From Planctomycetota bacterium (GTDB lineage: Bacteria > Planctomycetota > SZUA-567 > H5-PLA8), in contig BTVV01000014.1 of NCBI GenBank assembly GCA_045863855.1, positions 1-64,000 of the forward strand: 64,000 bases of DNA, given 5' to 3'. The notes under the pieces are model-generated. The model had not been told where the DNA came from. It saw only the letters and a program-made list of their open reading frames with translations, and did no database searches. Every line of letters starts with the position of its first letter. Position 1 is the stretch's first letter. Shown here in pieces: positions 19,108 through 29,111 of this stretch. The position numbers were made by a program, and so were the translations under genes.

Positions 19108-19660
19108 TTAAAACGTCATCACTTCCTTCGATTTCTTCTCGTACGATTTGTCGAGCTGCGCTTCGTAGGTCTTAATGAGTTCCTGGAGGTCGTCCTTGGC
19201 CTTCTGGATTGCGTCTTCGCTCACGCCTGCCTCGCCCTTGTTGCCTTCGATATGCTTCTGCGAATCCTTGCGGACGTTACGCAGCGCGATCTTGTGCTGT
19301 TCGAGCCTCTCTTTAATCATCTTCACCGTCTGCTCGCGCCGTTCCTGGCTCATCGAAGGAAACGCGAGGCGGATCACTTTGCCGTCGTTCGAAGGGGTGA
19401 TGCATGATCGCGCGCTCGATCTCTTTGATGGTCTTGGGATCGAAGGGCTTGATCGCCAGCATTGTCGCTCCTTGCTTGGAGACGACAGCGACCGACTTGA
19501 GCGGCACCAGTCCGCCAAAAGACGGAATATCGGCTTGCACGCCATCCAGGATCTCGACGGAGGCCTCGCCGGTACGCACACCCTTCAGGAAGTGCTCGTA
19601 ATCGGCGTTCGTCTTGATCATGCGGTCTTCGGCGTCCAGCAGCACATCATCCAGCGTCAT
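19108..19660 (-). pseudogene. frr: Ribosome recycling factor, frame broken near 19402 (real lesion or assembly error)
   Basis: Frame 1 VRTGEAS...KPFDPKTIKEIERAIM; frame 2 ITPSNDGKVIRLAFPSMSQERR...KKSKEVMTF. Confidence 0.88.
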
Positions 19661-19774
19661 GGGTCTATCCTCGGGACAGGTTCATCAAGCTGGTTTCATC
19701 TTATCCTTAGGGGAAGGCGCCCGCAACCGTAGCCGCTCTATGCGCCGAAGGGGCGCGCGCGTAGACTTTCCTCC

Positions 19775-22054
19775 ATGTCCGAACCCCGCACGCTCTCCGA
19801 TCCCGCGCGCGGCCGCGCCGGCCCGCGCGACGAGCGGCTCGCGCGTACCCTCCAGTTTTTCAAAGGCGTCGGGCCGAAGAAGTTCGAATTGCTCCAACGG
19901 CTTTTGCTCGAGACCGTCGAAGACCTGCTCTTTTTTTTTCCGATTGACCACAAGGACCGCGCCAGCTTGACCCCTATCGACCGGCTTACGCCCGGCATGG
20001 AGGCCAACGTACGCGCCCAGATTCTCGATCTGCAGGCCAAGACGATCTATCACAAGGGCAAGCATCGCGTCGAAGCCCTGCTGCGCGATCCCAGCGGCGA
20101 AATTCGAGCCGTCTGGTGGAACCCGTATGTGGCCGACAAACTCAGTCAGAGCGCTTGGGCGTTCTTCACCGGCAAGGTGGTAACGAACAAGAAAGGCTTC
20201 CTGGAACTGGCCGGACCGGATTTCGAGATTCTGTCACGCGAAGAGGAAGACGACGATGCGCCGGCTCCGGTGCTGCCCCTTGCCGCCCACGCGCTCACGC
20301 CCACCGCGCCGCCGCCGGTGGTGCAAGGACCGGATTTCGGGCGCATCGTGCCGATTTACAATCTGCGCCCCAAGCAGCGCCGCGCAGACGGGACCGAAGC
20401 GCCCGAAGTGAAGCTCTCGCAGCCGGTGCTGCGCAAGCTCGTCTGGCAGGCGCTCGAGAGCGGCGCGCCGGATGCGCTGAGCGATGTCTTACCCGAGGCG
20501 CTCCAGAAGCGCCGTGGCTTGCCCGCGCTGCCCGAAGCGGTCCGGCAATTTCACTTTCCGCCCAGCTTCGAGCGCCGTGATGCCGCTCGCAAGCGCGTGG
20601 CCTATGATGAGTTGTTCCTTCTCTCGCTGGGCGTCGGCTTGCGCCGCGCGCAGGTCGCCTCGCGCACCGCGTCCAGGAAGCTGCCGGTCACCGAGACGAT
20701 TCGCAAGCGCATCAAGGCGCGGTTGCCGTTTCCGTTTACCGGCGCGCAGGCGCGCGCGTTCGGAGAGATCGCCGCCGACTTGGCTCGAACGCAGCCGATG
20801 AACCGATTGCTCCAGGGCGATGTGGGTTCGGGCAAGACGGCCGTGGCCGTCGCCGGCATGCTCACCGCGGTTGCGCATGGCGCGCAGGCCGCGCTCCTGG
20901 CCCCGACCGAGATTCTTGCCGAGCAGCACGCGCGGACGCTTCATGCCCTGCTGGAAGGTTCGCGCGTCAACGTTGGCCTTCTGCGCGGCGGGCGGGCCAA
21001 GAAGCAGCGCGAGGTATTTCTCGAACGCCTGAGCACGGGGGACGTCCACATCGCCGTCGGCACCCATGCGCTCCTAAGCGACGAAGTGCGCTTCAAGGAC
21101 TTGGCGCTGGTGGTCGTCGACGAACAGCACAAATTTGGCGTCGAACAGCGCATGGCGCTGCGCGCGAAAGGCTCCGCGCCTCACGTGCTGGTCATGACCG
21201 CTACCCCGATTCCGCGTACGTTGAGCCTGACGCTGTACGGCGACCTGGATGTTTCGATAATCGACGAGTTCCCCCCCGGCCGCGGCGAAGTGCTCACACG
21301 CTGGGTGAAAGAGGAAGACCGGCCCAAGGTTTACAAACTCATCATCGACGAATCGCGCAAGGGTCACGCTACCTACGTTGTGCTTCCGCGCATCGACGGC
21401 GACGCCGCGGAAAGCGTAGCGCCCGCGAAAAGCGGAAAGCTTTGGAACGAGATCAAAGGCGTCGAGGACGAAGTGAAGCGCCTGCGCGCGCATCTGCCCA
21501 CTCTGCGTTTCGGAATGCTTCACGGGCGGTTGAGCGGAGATGAAAAGGATGCGGTGCTCAAGCAACTTCGCGGCGGCCAGATCGATGTGCTCGTCAGCAC
21601 GCTCGTGGTCGAAGTCGGCATCGATTTACCCACCGCTACGGTGATGCTGATCGAAAGCGCGGAACGCTTCGGTTTGGCCAGCTTGCACCAGCTTCGCGGG
21701 CGCATCGGGCGCAGCGAACGCAAGAGCTACTGCATCTTCTTCGCCGAAACCGCGACCGACGACGCGGAGGAACGCCTGAAAGCGTTCGCGCGCACGCGCG
21801 ACGGGTTCGAACTCGCCGAAGAGGATTTCAGGTTGCGTGGCCCTGGGCAGTTCTTCGGCACCGCGCAATCCGGTCTGCCCGAATTGAAGGTGGCCGATCT
21901 TTTTCGCGACCGCGAGCTGCTCATGCAGGCGCGCGAAGATGCTTTCGCGCTCCTCGCCCGCGACACGAAGCTCGCGCTGCCCGAACATGCCGGATTGAAG
22001 CAACGCGTGCGAGAACTGTTTGCGCAGCGCCTTGGGTTGGTGGATATGGGGTAG
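19775..22054 (+). CDS. recG: ATP-dependent DNA helicase RecG
   Basis: KGVGPK, RLLQGDVGSGKT, DEQHKFGV, MTATPIPRTL, QLRGRIGR, DFRLRGPG. Confidence 0.96.
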   Translation: MSEPRTLSDPARGRAGPRDERLARTLQFFKGVGPKKFELLQRLLLETVEDLLFFFPIDHKDRASLTPIDRLTPGMEANVRAQILDLQAKTIYHKGKHRVEALLRDPSGEIRAVWWNPYVADKLSQSAWAFFTGKVVTNKKGFLELAGPDFEILSREEEDDDAPAPVLPLAAHALTPTAPPPVVQGPDFGRIVPIYNLRPKQRRADGTEAPEVKLSQPVLRKLVWQALESGAPDALSDVLPEALQKRRGLPALPEAVRQFHFPPSFERRDAARKRVAYDELFLLSLGVGLRRAQVASRTASRKLPVTETIRKRIKARLPFPFTGAQARAFGEIAADLARTQPMNRLLQGDVGSGKTAVAVAGMLTAVAHGAQAALLAPTEILAEQHARTLHALLEGSRVNVGLLRGGRAKKQREVFLERLSTGDVHIAVGTHALLSDEVRFKDLALVVVDEQHKFGVEQRMALRAKGSAPHVLVMTATPIPRTLSLTLYGDLDVSIIDEFPPGRGEVLTRWVKEEDRPKVYKLIIDESRKGHATYVVLPRIDGDAAESVAPAKSGKLWNEIKGVEDEVKRLRAHLPTLRFGMLHGRLSGDEKDAVLKQLRGGQIDVLVSTLVVEVGIDLPTATVMLIESAERFGLASLHQLRGRIGRSERKSYCIFFAETATDDAEERLKAFARTRDGFELAEEDFRLRGPGQFFGTAQSGLPELKVADLFRDRELLMQAREDAFALLARDTKLALPEHAGLKQRVRELFAQRLGLVDMG

Positions 22055-22077
22055 GCCGACGGTAAGGGGAACTCGCC

Positions 22078-23805
22078 ATGTCTGATTCGCGCATCGAACT
22101 TCCGATCGATTTCGGCCGCGCCGTCGTCGCCGGCATTCCGGGCATTCTCGAACATCAGCAGCCCGACGGAAGCATCGTTTACGATCCGGCCGCGCCGGTG
22201 GTGTATCCGCAGCAGGCCATTTTCCCGTTAGCGTATTGCTGGGCGGGACTGGCCCCGGATCGTGCGCACGAGAAGGACGAGAAGATTCGCGCGTGCATCG
22301 GCAGGCTGGGTGAGTACCTCGTCCAGCGCTTCAGCGACAAAGGCGAGTTTACGTGGGGCTCTTACGGCAACGTGGTCTGTGGCGTCGACCAGCGTCTCAC
22401 GTATGCGTGGACGGAGGGCCTGCGCCTGCTGCGCGAGGGTGGGGCCGATTTTCCGTACGACGCTTGGGGCAAGAAAATCGCGGCGGCGTGTGAAACGTTG
22501 ATCGAGCACCGCCTGCGTAAGCTGGAGGGTGTGCGCCGCTTTGTCGGACGCGTAATGGGCACCAGCGCCAATCACGTCTCGCTGTACCTGACGACCCTCT
22601 ACCGCGCCGGACAGGTGCTCGGCCGGCCCGATCTTTCCGAATACGCGCTGGCCATCGCGCGGAACTTCGCCGCAGACGTCCATCCCGACGGCTACTGGGA
22701 AGAGCATGGCGATCTGCTTCGATCCGGCGGTCCGACGCCGAGCTATAACTATCTGACGCATTGCGCGATGAGCCTGATGTACGAATGGACCGGCGAGTCT
22801 GTCTTTCGAGCTGCGATGGAACGTTCTTCCGCTTTCCACGGAAACTTCTGTTACCCCGATGCGCAGTTCCTCGAACTGATCGACGAGCGCGTGCGCCACG
22901 GCCATGGCGGGCGCATCTGGGGGCTCTTTGGGTTTTCTCACACGCCGTCCGGCCGAGGAGTCGCGCGGGCGCATTTCGCCAGTTGGCGCGCCCACTTGGC
23001 CGATTCGCGCAACGCCGCGCCCGAAGCGCTCGCACGCCACTGCGAAAACGCGCTTTACTGGCACAACGGCGATTACGCGCCGGCGCCTTTCGAGCGCACG
23101 GATCATCGCGCCACGCTTACCTTGCCCGCGGGCATCTTTCGCCGCGGAGACTGGTGCGTGGGGCTCAACGCCATGTGCGCGACTAACGCCGAAGATCCGG
23201 CTTATCGGGACAATCCGTTCGCGCTCGAAAAGCAGAAGCTCTTTTCCGTATGGCACGCTCGCGCAGGTTTGATCCTCGACGGGTCCCACGCCAAAGGCCA
23301 GCCCGAAAATTCCACGTTCGCCACGGCGGCCGCTTACGCGCCGGACTACTGGCCATGCGGCGGCAGCGTTGGCGAAGAAGACGGGGCTTGGGTCGTGTAC
23401 GCGGCGTACAAAACGTTCTTTGGCACGGCGGTTTTGCGTCCGATGAACGATCAGGCATTGCAAGTCCAGTTGAGCGTCGATCCGGCTGCCTCGCGCGGGC
23501 CTTTTGCCGCGGGCTTTACGTTCATTCCGGCGGAATGGCGCATTACTTCGGCCGCGGGCAAACAAGTCGATTGGGATCTGAACGAACCATTCGAAGGCTC
23601 CGGCGCCGACTTAGGCGGCCGATTCCGCTGCGGCGCGTTCGAGATCGAGCTTCCGCCCGAGGCTAAGCTGATCTGGCCGTACCGCCCTTTTAATTCGTAC
23701 GCCGCCGACCGTGCTTCCGGACCCAAGGCGGCGCTTGCGCGCGTCACGGTGGCTTTAAGTCCCGAGCGCCCTCGTGCAAACTTCGTTATTCGCGTCCCGA
23801 ATTGA
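22078..23805 (+). CDS. Hypothetical protein, probably helical-toroid plus beta-sandwich (lyase/hydrolase-like)
   Basis: 575 aa ORF; DGYWEE...GGPTPSYNYLT helical region, then beta-rich C-terminus; fold is inference. Confidence 0.6.
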   Translation: MSDSRIELPIDFGRAVVAGIPGILEHQQPDGSIVYDPAAPVVYPQQAIFPLAYCWAGLAPDRAHEKDEKIRACIGRLGEYLVQRFSDKGEFTWGSYGNVVCGVDQRLTYAWTEGLRLLREGGADFPYDAWGKKIAAACETLIEHRLRKLEGVRRFVGRVMGTSANHVSLYLTTLYRAGQVLGRPDLSEYALAIARNFAADVHPDGYWEEHGDLLRSGGPTPSYNYLTHCAMSLMYEWTGESVFRAAMERSSAFHGNFCYPDAQFLELIDERVRHGHGGRIWGLFGFSHTPSGRGVARAHFASWRAHLADSRNAAPEALARHCENALYWHNGDYAPAPFERTDHRATLTLPAGIFRRGDWCVGLNAMCATNAEDPAYRDNPFALEKQKLFSVWHARAGLILDGSHAKGQPENSTFATAAAYAPDYWPCGGSVGEEDGAWVVYAAYKTFFGTAVLRPMNDQALQVQLSVDPAASRGPFAAGFTFIPAEWRITSAAGKQVDWDLNEPFEGSGADLGGRFRCGAFEIELPPEAKLIWPYRPFNSYAADRASGPKAALARVTVALSPERPRANFVIRVPN

Positions 23806-23947
23806 GCGTATATTCCATCTATCGCGCAGGCTGTTCAAGGCCGAACAGCGTACGGAAAACCGCTACAGTTGGAAATTCGTTCCTGATTGCTTCCACAGGC
23901 CGCTTGGCTACTATGGATTCCGATTCGGACTTTGGGGCCGGCACCGA

Positions 23948-26092
23948 ATGAAATTCTACTTCTGCGAGAAGTGCGGTCAGCGCCTGACCGAGAACGATAT
24001 AAAGCGCGGAGAAGCTCGCGATAAAAAGCTGCGTGGCGTGATGTGTTCGGGCTGCGCGGAAGGCGTCATGACGCTCGAAACGATGCCGATGGATGAGGAG
24101 AATGCGCGGAAGATCCTTCAGCACGATTCTACAAGTGGCGCGGCCGCCGCAACTCCCGCATCACCTACCGCTCCGGTGGTGCGCAGCGTGCGCCGGACCA
24201 CCGGTGCACAGCGCGTAATCCCGCCTACCGATCAACCGCGCCCAAGCGACAGCGGTCTGCGAGCAGGTCGCTTCAAGAGTCCCGCCACGCCCGCTGTCCC
24301 TGCTACTAGTTCCAAAGTACCGCTGGCGATCGCCGGGTTGGTCGTCCTGGCCGTGACTGTGTTGGCGGCCGTGCTCTTATCGGGTGGTGCGCCGCGGGAA
24401 TCCGCACGCCCGCGCGAAACCTTGGTTGTCGAGACGTTCTCCCCGCTCCCAGCTCCGCATGCCACGATCCCGGCTCCGATCCGAACGCTTCCCGCGCCTG
24501 AAATCCCTGAGCCGGAAGTGGTGCCCGCGCCGGCGCCCGAAGCTCCCGCGCCAGAGCAGCCTGCGGAGGTAAACGAAGCACCGCCAACTCCGGTCGAATC
24601 TTCACCTCCGTCTGGAAATCCGCCCGCGGCAGCGCCGGAAGTTCCCAAGCCCGAAACGCCTGTCGCCGTGCCTGCAGATCCCGCACCTCTCGCGCCGGAC
24701 TTGCGCGCCGAGACTTGGCCTTGGCATGAATTGCTGACGGCCTTGCAGGCCGAAAACCACGGTCGCGCACAAGCTTGGCTCGACGCACGCCCGGCCGCCG
24801 CGCCTGGATTGGACGACCTGCGCCTGTATTTCGAAGCTCGTGAAGCACGCCAGGTGGCCATTGTCGCGGCGCTGCAAGGGCGCGTGGGCCAGCCGATCGA
24901 TCTGCCAACCGCGACCGGCCGCGTGAAGGGGACGCTCGTCGAGTTCAAAGAAAATACGCTGACCGTGGAACGTCCCATGATCGTGAACGGCGAGACGCGC
25001 GGTCAGTTTCGCACCGCGGTGGCGCTGAATCAGGTATCGTCGGAAGCGCGCGAGGGCTTCGCGGCGCCGACCGCGCTACCTGGCGATGCCGGTCGTATCT
25101 CACGCGTACTGGAGGCCTTCGCCGACAAGGATTTGGATGCGGCCGGCAAGGCCCTGGATGATTTTCCCGCTCATCCGTTGCACGCGGCGCTGGCCGACCT
25201 ATTGAAGAAAGCACGAGCCGAGCGGCTGGAAGAAGAAGCGCGGACCGAGTGGGAGCGCTTGCGCGCCGAAGCCGAAAAAGCGCAGACCATCGCGGTAGCC
25301 GACAAGTTGAGCGCCGAACTCAAGGCTTGGGACGCGCGCTTCGGGTCAACCGTATTCGCCAAGGACTATATGCGCCCCGAGGAGCGCGCGGCACTGAATG
25401 AACGTCTCGCGGGGGCCGGGATCGCCAACGATCCCCGGTTGCTTCAATTGTTCCGGGGGCGAGTGGTGAAGTTCGACCGCCAGACACTCGAGATCACGCT
25501 TCTGTACGACTTTCAGGAGCAGCGACAATGCGAAGACTTTTTGGGCACCTGGCATGACGGAGGCGATCAGACGGGCGCCCACTGGCGTAGAGGCTCAATC
25601 AAGCTGCTGGGCAAGGCCGTTTTCAGCCGCGTGCTGTGCCTGCCCTTCTTGCGCTCCCAAACCTTTTCGCTGGCCATGGACTTTAAGGAATTGAAGGCGA
25701 GTTGGGGAAATAAGTTCATAGGGATCGGGTGCTTCGGACAAGAGACCGTTGGCAATGGGCCGTTCCACGTATTGGCTTTCGGCAAGGAAGGCTGGGCCTT
25801 GCAGGACTTGAACAACCGGCCTCTACACAAGGGGAGTTCAACACCGCCGCCTGAGAGTGGCCGGTTGGAGGTGGATTGCCGGGGAGGCCAGTATCGCCTC
25901 AAGTGCAACGGGCAGACCATGCTCGACAAAGCCGTTCAACCCAATGACCAAGTGGGCATCACCCTCGTCAGCGGCTGGGACACCTACATTACGATTACGG
26001 CCCTGCAGGTTTCCGGCCGGCTCGATCCGGCTTGGGTGAAGCAGGCGCTCAACCCGCCAAAGCCAGCCGTACCATCGCCCACATCGAAATAG
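23948..26092 (+). CDS. Zn-finger / TM / Pro-rich linker / beta-sandwich membrane protein
   Basis: MKFYFCEKC...CSGC; TM LAIAGLVVLAVTVLAAVLL; long P/A/E linker. Confidence 0.75.
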   Translation: MKFYFCEKCGQRLTENDIKRGEARDKKLRGVMCSGCAEGVMTLETMPMDEENARKILQHDSTSGAAAATPASPTAPVVRSVRRTTGAQRVIPPTDQPRPSDSGLRAGRFKSPATPAVPATSSKVPLAIAGLVVLAVTVLAAVLLSGGAPRESARPRETLVVETFSPLPAPHATIPAPIRTLPAPEIPEPEVVPAPAPEAPAPEQPAEVNEAPPTPVESSPPSGNPPAAAPEVPKPETPVAVPADPAPLAPDLRAETWPWHELLTALQAENHGRAQAWLDARPAAAPGLDDLRLYFEAREARQVAIVAALQGRVGQPIDLPTATGRVKGTLVEFKENTLTVERPMIVNGETRGQFRTAVALNQVSSEAREGFAAPTALPGDAGRISRVLEAFADKDLDAAGKALDDFPAHPLHAALADLLKKARAERLEEEARTEWERLRAEAEKAQTIAVADKLSAELKAWDARFGSTVFAKDYMRPEERAALNERLAGAGIANDPRLLQLFRGRVVKFDRQTLEITLLYDFQEQRQCEDFLGTWHDGGDQTGAHWRRGSIKLLGKAVFSRVLCLPFLRSQTFSLAMDFKELKASWGNKFIGIGCFGQETVGNGPFHVLAFGKEGWALQDLNNRPLHKGSSTPPPESGRLEVDCRGGQYRLKCNGQTMLDKAVQPNDQVGITLVSGWDTYITITALQVSGRLDPAWVKQALNPPKPAVPSPTSK

Positions 26093-26131
26093 CTCCACAG
26101 ACTTCCGTTCCATTAGCATTCACGGAGCCGC

Positions 26132-26911
26132 TTAGGTTTCGATTTCCGCCGGCGGAATAATGCCACGATACCCCAGCGCGCGGCTCATCGTGAGTGCGTG
26201 CGTAAGGAGCAGCGGCAGGATACGCGCGCGGCGCTGTGCATCGAAGCGTACGATCGGGCCGCTCAGGCCCAGTGACAGCTCGATCGAACCGCCGGGCCCG
26301 AAGACCGGCACGCCCAGCGCGCCCATATGCTCGGCCGTCACTTGAACATTCTCGCCGAATCCGCGCGCGCGGACTTCGGCGAAGTGCGCGAGCAAAGCCG
26401 CTGCGCTTTGCGGGCTCTTCGGCGGCATCTGCGCGTAATCGATACTCTCGGCGTATGCTCGCTGAAAGGTTTCGGTCGCATACGCGTACAGCAGTACGCC
26501 CGATGCCGAACAGTGCGGATAGGGCGAGGTTCGCGAGTGCTCGCGCACCGCCAGCACTTGGGGCGAATCCACCACCGCGAAGCGCACAAACCGCCCGTTC
26601 ACCAGCGCGCACGCGTCTAGCGTTTCGTGAAACTCCCGCACGATCCGCAGCATGTAGGGCCGAGCGAAGCGCTCCAACCGCGGCTGCGAGTCTGCATGAT
26701 CGGCCAGCACGATCGCAAAGTGGCCGACACGGTAAGTGCGGGTCTGGTCGTTGAATTCCAGCATGCCGCGCTTGGCGAGGGTCTTGAGCAAGTTTTGAGC
26801 GGTCGGCGCTTTGAGGCCCGTCATGCGGGCCAGTTCGCGCACGCCCAGGCCTTCTTCGTTGCCGGCAACTGCGGTGAGCAGGTCGAGCGCTCGTTCGACG
26901 GATTGAATCAT
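26132..26911 (-). CDS. IclR family transcriptional regulator
   Basis: MIQSVERALDLL..HTH, HCSASG, ALGVPVF, LSGPIVRF. Confidence 0.92.
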   Translation of the reverse strand: MIQSVERALDLLTAVAGNEEGLGVRELARMTGLKAPTAQNLLKTLAKRGMLEFNDQTRTYRVGHFAIVLADHADSQPRLERFARPYMLRIVREFHETLDACALVNGRFVRFAVVDSPQVLAVREHSRTSPYPHCSASGVLLYAYATETFQRAYAESIDYAQMPPKSPQSAAALLAHFAEVRARGFGENVQVTAEHMGALGVPVFGPGGSIELSLGLSGPIVRFDAQRRARILPLLLTHALTMSRALGYRGIIPPAEIET

Positions 26912-26997
26912 GTGTTCAACATTATTTATTAATAACAATATTGCAATACGATTCTTGCGAATCGAGCCTCCAATCGTTCAAAATAGAGATCATAAGA

Positions 26998-27011
26998 ATT
27001 CAATAATGAAC
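26998..27011. promoter_or_regulatory. Candidate IclR operator in divergent AT-rich region
   Basis: TTCA-ATAA-TGAA inverted repeat just upstream of SD AAGGAG (27012-27017). Confidence 0.4.
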
Positions 27012-27023
27012 AAGGAGAAGCTC

Positions 27024-27791
27024 ATGACCGACTTCCGAGTGTCGCCCGAGCAGGTGGCTTTTTTCCGCGAGAACGGATTCGTAAGAATCCCGCAAATCAT
27101 TTCAGGACAAGAAGTTGAGTATTTCCGAGGCCTGTTAGAGCGATACTTGGCCGAGCAGGCGCACACGGGTTTGGGTCAGGAAGCCGTCTTGACCCAGATC
27201 GTCAACCACTGGCGCTTGCAGCCGGCGATGCGGGACTTGACCTTCCACCCGAATGTGATTGCAGCCGCCCAGCAACTCGCCGGTGTGAAGCTCCGGCTCT
27301 GGCACGACCAAAGTCTGATCAAGAAGCCGGGCGGGCAGCCCACCGAGTTCCACCAAGGCCTCCCGCATTGGGCGATCGCCAAGACCGAGCACCCCACGTC
27401 CTGCTGGATCGCGCTCTGCGACGTGCCCGCGCGCAAAGGGTGCATGAGTTTTATTCCCGGCTCGCATCGCCGGAGGAACCTCGCTTCGAAGATCGACGTG
27501 AGCGATCCGGGCTGTCTCTTTCGGCAGTGCCCCGAACTGGAATACGAGAGCTTTGTGAGCGTTCCGCTTCGGGCGGGGGATTGTACGTTCCATCATGCGG
27601 TCACCGCACATGCCGCGCACCCGAACCGCACGAGCGAGCCGCGCTATGCGCACGTCGTCAACAGCGTGGATCTGACCACGGTCTATCGGGCCATACCGCA
27701 TAAAGTCACCGATGGACTGAATCTAAGCGAAGGCCAACTTCTCGAAGGCGAGCTGTTTCCGGTGCTCGACGAGGTCCTGGCCGCGCGGTAG
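27024..27791 (+). CDS. PhyH-family Fe(II)/2OG enzyme with HxG motif (possible halogenase)
   Basis: FFRENGF, LWHDQ, FHQG, WIALCDV..KGCMSFIPGSH, FHHAVTAHAAHPN..R. Confidence 0.85.
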   Translation: MTDFRVSPEQVAFFRENGFVRIPQIISGQEVEYFRGLLERYLAEQAHTGLGQEAVLTQIVNHWRLQPAMRDLTFHPNVIAAAQQLAGVKLRLWHDQSLIKKPGGQPTEFHQGLPHWAIAKTEHPTSCWIALCDVPARKGCMSFIPGSHRRRNLASKIDVSDPGCLFRQCPELEYESFVSVPLRAGDCTFHHAVTAHAAHPNRTSEPRYAHVVNSVDLTTVYRAIPHKVTDGLNLSEGQLLEGELFPVLDEVLAAR

Positions 27792-27869
27792 CGATCCGTC
27801 CCTCGCACCGGTTCGCTCGATTCGGTAGAGTTTTCGAACTTCGCTTCGTGGATTCTTGCCGAGGATGAG

Positions 27870-28910
27870 ATGCGCACCGTAGAACGATGCCCTGACTTGC
27901 CCGACCGCCTGCGCGTGTGCCACTCGTTGCCCTTTGACCCGCGCTTCGGGTACAGCTTATCGGAATTGCTCGCTATCGAGCCGCCTTCGGAGGAGCCGCA
28001 CGATTACGCGCGGTTTTGGCGGCAGAGTTACGAAACGGCTCGCGCGGCGGAGGGCAGTCTGCGCATCGAGCGGCGGGAGATCCAGACAGCGCTTGATGAC
28101 GTGACCGTGTTCGAACTCGATTACCTCGGGCACGATGGGTTCAAAGTGGGCGGTTGGCTTTGCGCACCCAAAGGATGCGAGCCGCGCGCGCTGATGGTTA
28201 CGAGTCACGGGTACGGCGGCCGGGAAACCTACGATGCCGCTTGGGCGCGCCGAGGCTGTGCGGTTCTGCTGCCGTGCGCTCGCGGCTTTCATCGTTCCGC
28301 GCACGACGGCGTGCCGCACGTGGCGGCTTTCCATGTCGTGCATGGCATCGAATCGAAGGAAAGCTACCTGCTTCGCGCCTGCGTGATGGATTTATGGCTA
28401 GCGGGGAGTGTTCTGCGGCAGCTCTTTCCGAATCGGGCCGATCGTTTGATCTTCACCGGCGGCAGTTTTGGCGGCGGGCTGGGCGCGCTGATGTTGCCTT
28501 GGGATACGCGCTATCGAGCGGCGTATCTCAGCGTGCCGACCTTTGGGAATCATCCCATTCGGCTGCGGCATCCGTGCACCGGTTCGGGCGAATCCGTGCG
28601 CAGGCTTTGGCTGCGTGAACCGGGCATCGAGCGAACACTGCGATATTACGATGCCGCCTTGGCCGCGCGGCGCATCGCGATTCCGGTTGCAACTGAGGCC
28701 GCTATGTTCGATCCGGCGGTGATCCCGCCGGGACAGTTCTCGGTGGCTAACGCGATCCAATGCCCGGGCTCGGTCACCCTTCCAACCACGCACGGGCATT
28801 TCGATCTGACCGCGGGTGCGCCCGAAGCCGTGGTACCACCTTGGGTGGGCAGGCGCGTGATGGCATTCCTTACGCGCCAAATCGACCGCCTGAATCCTGT
28901 TAATGCTTAA
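27870..28910 (+). CDS. Acetyl xylan esterase / cephalosporin-C deacetylase (CE7-like)
   Basis: DYARFW, HGYGG, GGSFGG nucleophile elbow, DPAVIPPGQF, GHF. Confidence 0.88.
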   Translation: MRTVERCPDLPDRLRVCHSLPFDPRFGYSLSELLAIEPPSEEPHDYARFWRQSYETARAAEGSLRIERREIQTALDDVTVFELDYLGHDGFKVGGWLCAPKGCEPRALMVTSHGYGGRETYDAAWARRGCAVLLPCARGFHRSAHDGVPHVAAFHVVHGIESKESYLLRACVMDLWLAGSVLRQLFPNRADRLIFTGGSFGGGLGALMLPWDTRYRAAYLSVPTFGNHPIRLRHPCTGSGESVRRLWLREPGIERTLRYYDAALAARRIAIPVATEAAMFDPAVIPPGQFSVANAIQCPGSVTLPTTHGHFDLTAGAPEAVVPPWVGRRVMAFLTRQIDRLNPVNA

Positions 28911-29111
28911 TGGGTATGGGGTTGTGAATATACGCCCCAGCCCTCTAAGCGTATTCCGGATACTCGAACAGCATGGCTGGGAAATCCCTCTCCAACCACC
29001 TGAAATTCGGTATTGACAAGGTGTTAGAAAAAAGAGATTCTAATGGCTGCTCCAAAAGGTAAGTCGATTTAGACGAGCCCAACCGAACTTCGGTATGAGG
29101 GGAGTCGCTCC

